Below are positions 20,353 through 29,277 of a stretch of DNA of 64,000 bases, one piece after another. Source of the stretch: Spirochaetia bacterium. GTDB lineage: Bacteria > Spirochaetota > Spirochaetia > SZUA-6 > Bin103. The notes under the pieces were generated by a model. That model did not search any database. It was not told where the DNA came from and saw only the letters and a list, made by a program, of their open reading frames with translations. The position numbers were made by a program, and so were the translations under genes. The stretch is from contig CBDBOV010000006.1 of assembly GCA_965208575.1 (NCBI GenBank), positions 672,001-736,000 of the forward strand, given 5' to 3'. How positions within the stretch are numbered: the first letter of the stretch is position 1; every line of letters starts with the position of its first letter.

Positions 20353-21468
20353 GTGGCGCAGTCTTCCCCGTTGATCGTCGACTGCCACCTGGATCTCGCC
20401 TGGAACGCCCTCGGCTACAAGCGCGACCTGACCCTGCCGCTGGCGGAACTGAACCGCGTCGAACAGGGGCTCGGCGATCACGCCGGGCGCGGCCTGGCCA
20501 CCACGACCCTGCCGGAGATGCGCGCCGGCGGCGTGGGTCTGTGCCTGGCCACGCTGATCGCGCGCACGCCGGTCGGGGAGACCGCGATCCACGGCAACCT
20601 GCTCGACTACCCCACCCCGGCCGCGGCGGCCGCGACCGCCTCCGGCCAGCTCGCGTGGTACCGCGCCCTGGCGGAAGCGGGCGAAGTGGCCGTGCTGGCC
20701 TCCGCGGGCGACGTGAGCGCTCACGCCGAGCGCTGGCGTGCCGGCTGCGAGCACCGGGTGGGCATCGTGCCGGCGATGGAGGGCAGCGATCCGATCATCT
20801 CTCCCGAGCACGTGCAGCGCTGGTACGCCGCCGGCCTGCGCGTGGCCAGCCTGGTGCACTACGGGCTGGGCCGTTACGCCGGCGGTACCGGCACCGACGG
20901 CGGGGTGACCCCCGCGGGACGGGCGCTGCTGGCCGCGTTCGAGCAGGCCGGGCTGATCCTGGACGTCACCCACCTGTCCGACCGCGCCTTCTACCAGGCC
21001 CTCGACCGCTACGCGGGCCCGCTGCTGGCCAGCCATCAGAACTGCCGCGCCCTGGTGCCCGGCGGGCGCCAGTTCACCGACGACCAGCTTCGCCTGGTGC
21101 TGGAGCGAGGCGGCATCGTGGCGGTGGCGAGCGATGCCTGGATGCTCCATCCCGGCTGGGTGCACGGCGAAACCAGCGCCGACCTAGTGCCGATGGCCGC
21201 GCTGGCCGACCACGTCGACCACATCTGTCAGCTCGCCGGCAACGCACGTCAGGCGGCGGTGGGCAGCGATCTCGACGGCGGTTTCGGCTGCGATCAGACC
21301 CCGCGCGAACTCACCTCCATCGCCGACCTCGGACGGCTGGCCCCCACCCTGGCCGAGCGCGGCTACACGGGCGAGCAGGTCGCCGGCGTGCTGGCCGACA
21401 ACGCCCTCCGCTTCCTCACCACCCACCTCCCGGCAGGGAACCCTGCGGCGGCCACGGCGTTGCCCTGA
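20353..21468 (+). CDS. membrane dipeptidase (peptidase M19 family)
   Basis: DCHLDLAWNA, MEG, DVTHL, ASHQN, GSDLDGG motifs. Confidence 0.88.
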   Translation: MAQSSPLIVDCHLDLAWNALGYKRDLTLPLAELNRVEQGLGDHAGRGLATTTLPEMRAGGVGLCLATLIARTPVGETAIHGNLLDYPTPAAAAATASGQLAWYRALAEAGEVAVLASAGDVSAHAERWRAGCEHRVGIVPAMEGSDPIISPEHVQRWYAAGLRVASLVHYGLGRYAGGTGTDGGVTPAGRALLAAFEQAGLILDVTHLSDRAFYQALDRYAGPLLASHQNCRALVPGGRQFTDDQLRLVLERGGIVAVASDAWMLHPGWVHGETSADLVPMAALADHVDHICQLAGNARQAAVGSDLDGGFGCDQTPRELTSIADLGRLAPTLAERGYTGEQVAGVLADNALRFLTTHLPAGNPAAATALP

Positions 21469-21679
21469 CTCGCCTCGGACAGCCTCCCGGACGCGTGTCC
21501 TGTGCGCTGGCCGCGCACTCGCCGTGCGCCGACCAACGGCCGACGATGCGGTGTCTTGCATCGCGGCGCGTGGAGACACCGGCTGCCGCGGCGTCCTGCG
21601 GGCGCCGCGGGCGCGGCACCCGGAGCAATTCCGGTCCAGTTCCCGCCGCCGCCTGCAGGAGCGCCGGCAGGGCGCGCAA

Positions 21680-22909
21680 TCAATACGTTCCCGCGGCGGC
21701 GGCGGCGGTGCGCATGGCGGCGTGGGCTTCCTCGTCCCAGGCGGTCAGGCGGCGCAGGCGGACCGGTACCTCGGAGGGCCGCACCTGGCGTCCACGGCAA
21801 ATCACCAGCTCGGGTCGCAGGCGGCGCTCGCCGACCCGCTCCTGCAGGTGGGAGTCGCGGAACCGGAACTCGCCCTGCCGGACCGAGAACACCAGCACGT
21901 CGGCGCTAGCGCCGGGCAGCAGGGTACCCAGCTCGGGCGCCCGGCCGATGGCGCGCGCCGGGGCCAGGGTCGCCTTCTCCACCACCTCCGCCAAGCTCAT
22001 GCCCAGCAGCAGGAACTTGGACATGGTGGTGGGCAGGTCGAACACCACCTGCTCCACGTTGTAGCGGTGCAGGTCGGTGCTGATGGTGTCCGGGTAGAAG
22101 GTGTGCTCGAACGCCTTCAGCGCGGTGTCCCAACGGAAGCTGCCGGAGCCGTGGCCCACGTCGAACAGCACGCCGCGCGCGCGCGCCGCCCGCGCCTCGG
22201 GCCGCAACGCGCCGCTCGCCGCGTCCAGGATGCCGTCGCCGCGGCCGGTAAAGCAATGGGTGACGATGTCCCCGGGCCGCAGGCGGGACAGCACCTCGCC
22301 GGTAGCGCCTTGCACGCTGATGTGCACCATCGCCCGCGTGCCGGCCGCCTCGGCGGCCTGCAGCGCCAACTCCACCGCCTCCACGTTGTGGCCCAGTGCC
22401 ATGGTGCCGGCGCGGAACTTCACGCCCAGGGCAATGTCGCGGTGTTCCAGGATCGCCGCCGCGGTCTCGCGCGGACGTGCGTAGCGCAGATCGCGCAACT
22501 CGCCGAGCGTCGAGGTGGGGATGCCCAGGCAGCCGATGTGGATGAACGGCAGGATGCGCACCGCGCCGCCGTCGATTGCGGTGCGGCGAAACTCGGCAAA
22601 GTTCACGCAGCCGCAGGTGCCGGCGTCGACCGCCGTGGTCACGCCGCCGCGCAGCGCCGCGCGCGGATCGATGCCGAACAGGCTGCCCTCGTAGTAGTGG
22701 CCGTGCAGGTCCACCAGGCCGGGACACACGTACCGGCCGCTGCAATCCACCACCGCGGGCGGGACGTCCCCCGCGGCCACGCCGCCGGGTGCCACGGACG
22801 CGATGCGGTCGCCGGCCACCACCACGTCTGCGATGCCGTCGATCCGCCCCGCCGGATCGATGACGTGCCCGCCGCGCAGCAGCAGGGTCGGCTCGCGGTG
22901 TGTTTCCAT
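21680..22909 (-). CDS. amidohydrolase (dihydroorotase-like/deacetylase family)
   Basis: PGLVDLHGH, GVTTAVDAG, THCF, FDVGHGSGSF, ISTDLH motifs. Confidence 0.9.
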   Translation of the reverse strand: METHREPTLLLRGGHVIDPAGRIDGIADVVVAGDRIASVAPGGVAAGDVPPAVVDCSGRYVCPGLVDLHGHYYEGSLFGIDPRAALRGGVTTAVDAGTCGCVNFAEFRRTAIDGGAVRILPFIHIGCLGIPTSTLGELRDLRYARPRETAAAILEHRDIALGVKFRAGTMALGHNVEAVELALQAAEAAGTRAMVHISVQGATGEVLSRLRPGDIVTHCFTGRGDGILDAASGALRPEARAARARGVLFDVGHGSGSFRWDTALKAFEHTFYPDTISTDLHRYNVEQVVFDLPTTMSKFLLLGMSLAEVVEKATLAPARAIGRAPELGTLLPGASADVLVFSVRQGEFRFRDSHLQERVGERRLRPELVICRGRQVRPSEVPVRLRRLTAWDEEAHAAMRTAAAAAGTY

Positions 22910-23009
22910 ATCCCCGAGGGTGCCAAAGCGACGCTCGCGCCGCAAGGCGGGGATCCTTTGCTCGACCGCGTCCGTTGCCGCCCGCGCGAACGGAGCCGCG
23001 ATCAGGTCC

Positions 23010-24035
23010 TCAGCGGGACTCGCCGCCGCGCAGGTAGCGGCTGGCGCGGTATTCGTCGACCCACTGGCGCGTGCTGCGCCAGTGACCGTCTGACCCGCGC
23101 GTAGCGCGGAGCCGGCCGCGCTTCGCCGCCGCCCGCAGCGCCGCTCCCTTGAGATCGGGAGTCTCCAGTGCGGCCAGGGGGACGAGTCGGGCCGGGCCGG
23201 CTACGGCAGGTATGACGAACCGATGCAGGCTGGCCAGAATCGATCGCGCCAGCATCTCCCCGAGCGGTCCCGGGTCCCCCTCGTCCGCACGGTGCAGAGC
23301 ACGGAGATAGCGCGCCCGGTCGCGCTTGTAGATGACGGCGGGCGGGCAGCCGAGCCGGACGAGGATGAGATTGAGTACGAGTCGCCCGGTTCGGCCGTTG
23401 CCGTCCAGGAAAGGATGGATCTGCTCGAATCGGCAGTGGGTCCGGGCCAGCGCCTCGGGAAACGCCGTCCGGGTCGCATTGAGGGAGTTGACCGTGTCCA
23501 GCCAGGTATTCATCTCCGCGGAAATGAGCGGCCATGTGACGGGAATCATGCCACGTGAGAAGGGATGGATGTCATGTTCTCGGAAGCTGCCGGGACTCTC
23601 CCGTTGCGTTGCATCCGGATGCGGCGCCACCTGCCAAACCGGCTGCATGGCCTGATGGTGCACGTTACGGACTTCGGCCAGCGTCAGGATTTCCTCGGCG
23701 TGGGAGAGCCCGTCCCGGCTGATCGCCTGCCGGTACACCCAGTCCGCGGCATCGGCGTAGCCGCGCACCTCCAGGTACTCGCGCAGCTCCTTGTTGCCGA
23801 CTGCCCGGCCCTCGTCGAGAAGACGCTCGACCTGTTTCAGAACCAGGGTGTTGCCTTCGATCGCCGTCGAGTGGTGGACTTCCTCGTACCATATGCCACG
23901 CCAGATACCGTCGGCCTCGGCCGGGCTCGGCAGTCCCCCCATGCGTTCCCGCAGTTCCCGTATCTGGGTGTCGACCCGCCGGTACACGTCCGCACGCCGC
24001 GGTCGGCCGCGTCCGGGGGAAATGTGTTCGCTCAC
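23010..24035 (-). CDS. Fic-family adenylyltransferase with N-terminal inhibitory helix and C-terminal HTH-like domain
   Basis: Intact HPFLDGNGRTGR motif; STAIEGN inhibitory motif; C-terminal AALRAAAKRGRLRA...HWRST resembles an excisionase/MerR-type HTH. Confidence 0.9.
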   Translation of the reverse strand: MSEHISPGRGRPRRADVYRRVDTQIRELRERMGGLPSPAEADGIWRGIWYEEVHHSTAIEGNTLVLKQVERLLDEGRAVGNKELREYLEVRGYADAADWVYRQAISRDGLSHAEEILTLAEVRNVHHQAMQPVWQVAPHPDATQRESPGSFREHDIHPFSRGMIPVTWPLISAEMNTWLDTVNSLNATRTAFPEALARTHCRFEQIHPFLDGNGRTGRLVLNLILVRLGCPPAVIYKRDRARYLRALHRADEGDPGPLGEMLARSILASLHRFVIPAVAGPARLVPLAALETPDLKGAALRAAAKRGRLRATRGSDGHWRSTRQWVDEYRASRYLRGGESR

Positions 24036-24085
24036 TGAAAACTAAAGTTACCGAACATTTTTTGTCCAGTCTACAGCCAATTAAT

Positions 24086-26062
24086 CCGAAGTTCCAGAGC
24101 GGGAATCTTGTTAATTCGTTATTGATCTGAAAATTGCGCTCAACAGCCGATGTCCGTTACTGGCTACACTTGGGCGCTGACCTCCAGGAGATCGAAACAG
24201 CGCTGCTGCAGCGCGGTCGGTTCGCTGTGCATGGTGAACGTGGCGCCGCTATCCACTATCCGCACGCGGTTGGCCGTCAGCGTCCCCAACTCGCTCATCA
24301 GGCTGCGAAAGCTGTGCACCGGCAGACCGTCGTCGGTACGCTTGCTCGCCGCCTTCCGGTGTGCGGCCGGTGAGCGTTCCGCCGGTTGCACCACCGACTC
24401 GCGCAGCGCCTCGCCGGCGGCGCGGTCGTGGTCGTCGAACAGCACCGGCGCCAGCTTGCTGCGCATGTGCCACTCCACGTAGTAGGCCAGCATGCACAGG
24501 AACACGTGCGCCCGCACCCGGTCAGCACTGCGGTGATAGATCGGTCGCACCTTCAGATCCACCGTTTTCATGCTGCGGAAGGCGCGCTCCACCTTGGCCA
24601 GATCCTTGTACGCCGTCACCGTCTGCTCGGCGTCGAACAGCTCCGGCTCCACGTTGGAGCGCACGATGTAGAGCCCGTCCAGTTCTTCCTCGGCCGCGAT
24701 CTTGTCCAGGTCACGCACGAACGAGAACGAGTCGTCGGTGATGGTGGTGGTGAAATGCTTGCCCACCTTGTAGTGGTTGATCACCTTGCCCACCCGCAGG
24801 CCGATCGCGGCGGCGCCGCGCAGCGGCTTTTTGGCGCGCTGCGTGGCCGTCACGATCGGCGTCAGTTCCTCCTCCGTGGAGGCCAGCAACTTCTGCCTCT
24901 TGCGCTGCCGTTGCTCGGCCAGGATCGGGTTGCGGCACACGATCAGCCGCTCGCCGGGGAACTCGGGTGAGCTGATCTCCGCCAGGTCACGCTCGTCGAA
25001 CATGGTCTGCGCCACTTCGCCGGCCTCGATCAGCTTGCGGATGGTGGGCGCCCGCAGGGTCGTGATCCAGCGCAGGCCGTCGATCCCCTGCAGGTCCTCG
25101 CGGATGCGCGCGCCGGTGAGCATGCCGCGGTCGCCGACCAGCACGACGCGCTGCAAGCCGAAACGGTTGCGAATCTTGTCGACCTGAGCGGCGACCGTCT
25201 TGGGGTCACTGGTGGAGCCCTCGAATACCTCGACGGCGATGGGACAGCCGTCTGCGGTACACAGCAGGCCGAACACGATCTGCAAGGTGCCGCGTTTGCC
25301 GTCGCGGCTGTGACCACGGCGCGCCAACGGGCAGGTGTGGCCATGGAAGTAACTGGAAGTCAGGTCGTACAACATGAGCGTGTTGTCATGCAGATGGCGC
25401 TTGGCCAAGCGCTGCTCGATGCCGTGCTGGCGAGCGAGCAGCCAATCCATGGCGGCATACAGCTCATTCTCGTCGACGGCTCCCAACTGCAGCAGGTGGC
25501 CGAGGGAGGAGACGGCGCTTTCGGGGTTCAGGCCGCGAGCGGTGGCGAGTTTGGAGCGAGCGTCGACGACGCGAGCGACGATCATGGCGACGACCAGGTC
25601 GCGTTCACGGGAGGCGGGACGAGCGACGAGGGAATGGAGGGAGAGCTTGCGGAGGGAACCGAGGACGGCGGCGACGTGGCCGTGGGGATAGCTGCGCAAG
25701 ATGGAGAGCAGTTCGTTGGGAGAGCGCAGAGCGATACCGCCGTTGAGGAGGACGCGCAAACCCTCGACGAGGTGATCGGGCCACTTGGAGAGGTTGGCGA
25801 TGGTGCGTTTTTTGACCTTGCCGTGCTGGCGGAAGGACTCGCGGAGGAGGACGGCCGGGGGAGAGTTGCGGTTGGGGACGGTGTCGATGTACATGGGCAC
25901 CCTACGGAGGGAATGGTAGATCATTTAATAATTACATGTCAACCAGATGAGAGAAAATTAACGCTGAACCACAGGACTATTTACATGGACACGATTTACA
26001 CCCATGAACACGCTAATTCCTGTAATAGGAAACAGTTACAAGAACGGCCTCTCAAACCTCGG
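24086..26062 (-). mobile_element. IS1634-family insertion sequence, copy 2 (1977 bp)
   Basis: Same ends as copy 1, inverted; direct repeat ATTAAT at 24080-24085 and 26063-26068. Confidence 0.95.
24164..25894 (-). CDS. IS1634-family DDE transposase
   Basis: Translation identical to copy 1 in the ORF track. Confidence 0.95.
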   Translation of the reverse strand: MYIDTVPNRNSPPAVLLRESFRQHGKVKKRTIANLSKWPDHLVEGLRVLLNGGIALRSPNELLSILRSYPHGHVAAVLGSLRKLSLHSLVARPASRERDLVVAMIVARVVDARSKLATARGLNPESAVSSLGHLLQLGAVDENELYAAMDWLLARQHGIEQRLAKRHLHDNTLMLYDLTSSYFHGHTCPLARRGHSRDGKRGTLQIVFGLLCTADGCPIAVEVFEGSTSDPKTVAAQVDKIRNRFGLQRVVLVGDRGMLTGARIREDLQGIDGLRWITTLRAPTIRKLIEAGEVAQTMFDERDLAEISSPEFPGERLIVCRNPILAEQRQRKRQKLLASTEEELTPIVTATQRAKKPLRGAAAIGLRVGKVINHYKVGKHFTTTITDDSFSFVRDLDKIAAEEELDGLYIVRSNVEPELFDAEQTVTAYKDLAKVERAFRSMKTVDLKVRPIYHRSADRVRAHVFLCMLAYYVEWHMRSKLAPVLFDDHDRAAGEALRESVVQPAERSPAAHRKAASKRTDDGLPVHSFRSLMSELGTLTANRVRIVDSGATFTMHSEPTALQQRCFDLLEVSAQV

Positions 26063-26144
26063 ATTAATGTTACCGAACACTTTCGTCAGCAATCGGCAGT
26101 CAAGGTTCTTTTTGGCACCGGATGTAGCTAACTTAAGCAGCGAC

Positions 26145-27854
26145 GTGAGCAACGCCAGCCCCTCCCCGGACCCGGACCCCGCCGCAGAGGCGTCCGACTT
26201 CATTCGCAAGGCGATCCGCGAAGACCTGGCCGCCGGCCGTTTCGACCGCGTGCAGACGCGCTGGCCACCGGAGCCGAACGGCTACATCGGCATCGGTCAC
26301 GCCAAGGCGATCACCCTCAACTTCGACGTCGCGCGCGAGTTCGGCGGTTTCTGCAGCCTGCGCTTCGACGACACCAACCCGGAGCGCGAGAAGCTGGAGT
26401 ACGTGGAGTCGATCAAGGAGGACATCCGCTGGCTCGGCTTCGACTGGGGCGGGCACGAGTACTACGCCTCCGACTACTACGAACGCCTCTACGAGCTGGC
26501 CGAGCAACTGGTCGAGCAGGGCGACGCCTACGTGGACAGCCTGACGGCACAGCAGATCAGCGAATACCGCGGCGTGCCCACCCGTCCGGGACGGGAGAGC
26601 CCGGATCGCACCCGCCCGCCCGCCGACAGCCTCGACCTGCTGCGCCGCATGCGTGCCGGCGAGTTCGCCGACGGCGCCTGCGTGCTGCGCGCCCGCATCG
26701 ACATGGCGTCGCCCAACCTGAACCTGCGCGACCCGGTGATGTACCGCATCCGGCGCGCCCGCCACTACCGCACCGGCGACGCCTGGTGCATCTACCCGAT
26801 GTACGACTGGGCGCACGGCCAGAGCGACTCGATCGAGGGCGTTACCCACTCGCTGTGTTCGCTGGAGTTCGAGAACAACCGCCCGCTGTACGACTGGTAC
26901 CTGGACAAGCTCGGCATCTTCCACTCCCGGCAGATCGAGTTCAACCACCTCAACGTCGGATTCGCCGTCCTGCACAAGCGCATCCTGCGCCGCCTGGTGG
27001 CGGACGGCACCGTGCGCGGCTGGGACGACCCGCGCCTGCTCACGCTGCGCGGCCTGCGCCGGCGCGGCTACACCCCCAGCGCCATCCGCGCCTTCGTGCG
27101 CAGCGTCGGCCTGACCAAGACCACGGTGCTGATCAGCTACGCGCAACTGGAGTACTACCTGCGCCAGGAACTGAACCGCACCGCGACCCGGGTAATGGCG
27201 GTGCTCGACCCGCTGCGGGTGGTCATCACCAACTATCCCGAGGGACAGACCGAGCAGGTGGAGGTGGAGAACAACCCCGAAGACCCGGACGCCGGCACGC
27301 GCAAGCTGCCGTTCAGCCGCGAGCTGTACGTCGAGCGCGGCGACTTCCTGGAGCAGGCGCCGCGCAAGTTCTTCCGCCTGTCGCCGGGCCGCGAGGTGCG
27401 CCTGAAGGGCGCCTACTACATCACCTGCGACGAGGCGGTGAAGGATGGCGACGGACGCGTGACGGAGCTGCGCTGCAGCTACGACCCCGCCTCGCGCGGC
27501 GGCGGCACCGCGGATGGCCGGCGGGTGCGCGGCACGCTGCACTGGGTATCCGCCGAGCACGCCCGCAACGCCGAGGTGCGCCTCTACGATCACCTGTTCA
27601 CCACCGAGAACATGAACGAGGTGGAGCACGACGACCTGGCCGCCCACCTGAACCCCCGCTCCGAGGTGGTCCTGACCGGCTGCAAGGTGGAACCGGGCCT
27701 CGCCGCGGCGCACCCGGAGCAGATCTTCCAGTTCCTGCGCCACGGCTACTTCGTGGTGGACAACCGCGATTCCCGTCCCGGTGCGCCGGTGTTCAACCGC
27801 TCGGTGGGCCTGCGCGACACCTGGGCGAAGGTGCAGCGCGCCGGTCGGCGCTGA
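26145..27854 (+). CDS. glnS: glutamine--tRNA ligase with atypical signature motifs
   Basis: PPEPNGY, LRFDDTNP, YPMYDWAHGQSD, GWDDPRL, GTLHWVS, FQFLRHGYF; native GTG start probably 26145. Confidence 0.93.
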   Translation: MSNASPSPDPDPAAEASDFIRKAIREDLAAGRFDRVQTRWPPEPNGYIGIGHAKAITLNFDVAREFGGFCSLRFDDTNPEREKLEYVESIKEDIRWLGFDWGGHEYYASDYYERLYELAEQLVEQGDAYVDSLTAQQISEYRGVPTRPGRESPDRTRPPADSLDLLRRMRAGEFADGACVLRARIDMASPNLNLRDPVMYRIRRARHYRTGDAWCIYPMYDWAHGQSDSIEGVTHSLCSLEFENNRPLYDWYLDKLGIFHSRQIEFNHLNVGFAVLHKRILRRLVADGTVRGWDDPRLLTLRGLRRRGYTPSAIRAFVRSVGLTKTTVLISYAQLEYYLRQELNRTATRVMAVLDPLRVVITNYPEGQTEQVEVENNPEDPDAGTRKLPFSRELYVERGDFLEQAPRKFFRLSPGREVRLKGAYYITCDEAVKDGDGRVTELRCSYDPASRGGGTADGRRVRGTLHWVSAEHARNAEVRLYDHLFTTENMNEVEHDDLAAHLNPRSEVVLTGCKVEPGLAAAHPEQIFQFLRHGYFVVDNRDSRPGAPVFNRSVGLRDTWAKVQRAGRR

Positions 27855-27864
27855 GAGGATCCGC

Positions 27865-28407
27865 CTACCTGGCCAGCATCTCCCGCCAATCGGTCAGCGC
27901 CGCGGCGGTGCTCGGGAACGCCAGCTTCTGCCAGGGAATGTTCTCCGGGTCGAACCAGCGCAGCTCCAGCGCTTCCGGACCGGCGCGCGGCGTGCCGGCG
28001 GCTATCCGCACGCGGTACACGACCAGCACCACCGCGACGCCGCGCGCCGAGTACACGCCGTGCAAGCCGTCCACCGCCACCGTGACGCCCGCCTCTTCGC
28101 GCGCCTCGCGGGCCGCGGCCTCCGGCACCGGCTCGCCGCGGTCCACGTAGCCGCCGGGGAACGTCCACAGGCCGCGCGCCGGCGAGATGGCGCGCCGCAG
28201 CAGCAGGATGCGGCCGGCGTCCTCGATGATCGTGCCGGCCGCCACCTTGGGGTCGGCGTACACCACCTGCCCGCACCGCGGGCACACCGGCAGCAGCTTG
28301 CCTTCCACCCTGCGACGCTCCAGCGGCGCGGCACAGCCGCTGCAGAACCGGAACCGCGGCGGCCCATGGTGGTGGACGGGGACATGGACGGGAGGTAGAT
28401 CGCTCAT
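27865..28407 (-). CDS. NUDIX hydrolase with N-terminal zinc ribbon
   Basis: CSGC...CPRC zinc ribbon; Nudix box PGGYVDRGEPVPEAAAREAREEAG. Confidence 0.9.
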   Translation of the reverse strand: MSDLPPVHVPVHHHGPPRFRFCSGCAAPLERRRVEGKLLPVCPRCGQVVYADPKVAAGTIIEDAGRILLLRRAISPARGLWTFPGGYVDRGEPVPEAAAREAREEAGVTVAVDGLHGVYSARGVAVVLVVYRVRIAAGTPRAGPEALELRWFDPENIPWQKLAFPSTAAALTDWREMLAR

Positions 28408-28503
28408 GGAGTCACTTCGACTCCCGGTAGCGTACGCGAGCGGCACCGGGGACGCTACCGCCGCCCGCACGTGCCACAGTCGGAGCCGCCGCCCGATTCG
28501 CGG

Positions 28504-28560
28504 TGGGGGAAAATGACCCAGCGAGAGCCCCGATTCGCCAACCTGGGACGTTTCGACCCA
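28504..28560. promoter_or_regulatory. pair of 17-bp imperfect palindromes, putative enhancer (UAS) sites
   Basis: TGGGGGAAAATGACCCA (28504-28520) and TGGGACGTTTCGACCCA (28544-28560), upstream of the sigma54 site. Confidence 0.55.
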
Positions 28561-28633
28561 GCGCACCGCCCGGAACAAGCGAAACGGCACCGGGAAACGG
28601 CCCAGAACGGACAGAATTCCGCCTCACAGAAGT

Positions 28634-28649
28634 TGGCACGGTTGCTGCA
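28634..28649 (+). promoter_or_regulatory. sigma54 (-24/-12) promoter of hsp20
   Basis: TGGCACG-GTTG-CTGCA against consensus TGGCACG-N4-TTGCW (one mismatch, correct GG/GC spacing). Confidence 0.75.
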
Positions 28650-28687
28650 TACAGGCAGGTGAAGACCAAACTCATAGGAGGAACGAC

Positions 28688-29140
28688 ATGAGAAGCCTGG
28701 TTACCTATCGACCGTATCGCCCGACCGTGGCGAATTTCGACCGCTGGTTCGACAGCGTGTTTCAGAACTGGGGACTGCCCGCGGGCACGGGACTGACCGG
28801 CCACGCGGTGACCGCGCCGCGGGTGGACGTGCAGACCAAGGCGGACGCCTACCACCTGGAGGCGGAGCTGCCCGGCCTGACGGAGAAGGACTTCACCGTC
28901 AACGTCGAGCACAACCTGCTGACCATCGCGTCGCGGCAGGAGACGAACGAGGAGCGCGAACAGGGCGGATACGTGATCCGCGAGCGGCGCTCCGGCGCGT
29001 TCCGGCGCTCGTTCACGCTGCCGGAGGATGTCGACGCCGACGCGATCAGCGCCACCTTCAAGGATGGCCTGCTGACCCTGACGGTGCCCAAGACCGCCAA
29101 GGCGCAGGCGCGGCAGATCGCCGTGAAGAGCGCCGCCTAG
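28688..29140 (+). CDS. Hsp20/alpha-crystallin small heat-shock protein
   Basis: PRVDV, AELPGL, FRRSFTLP, DGLLTLTVPK; strong AGGAGG RBS. Confidence 0.95.
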   Translation: MRSLVTYRPYRPTVANFDRWFDSVFQNWGLPAGTGLTGHAVTAPRVDVQTKADAYHLEAELPGLTEKDFTVNVEHNLLTIASRQETNEEREQGGYVIRERRSGAFRRSFTLPEDVDADAISATFKDGLLTLTVPKTAKAQARQIAVKSAA

Positions 29141-29177
29141 CGGGCAGCGCGACTTCGCATCCCCGTATCCGATACCC

Positions 29178-29211
29178 GGAGCCCCGGCACCCTCCCGCCG
29201 GGGCTCCTTTT
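29178..29211 (+). terminator. Rho-independent terminator after hsp20
   Basis: Stem GGAGCCCCGGC / GCCGGGGCTCC followed by TTTT. Confidence 0.85.
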
Positions 29212-29277
29212 CGTTCGTGCCATGCACTTCCCACGCGGCGCCCGGAACGGGCATCGTGGTCGGCACGGAAAACGGAC

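Noticed and set aside
21469-21679. Structured RNA in the convergent intergenic gap
   Set aside because: Only GC-rich imperfect hairpins; no recognisable tRNA or riboswitch features.
3972-26062. Composite transposon carrying the 18 kb between the two IS copies
   Set aside because: Each copy has its own matching target duplication, the split ATPase continues inside the interval, and the cargo is housekeeping.
26113-26129. sigma54 promoter upstream of glnS (TGGCACCGGATGTAGC)
   Set aside because: GG-to-GC spacing is one base too long and the -12 TTGC is absent.
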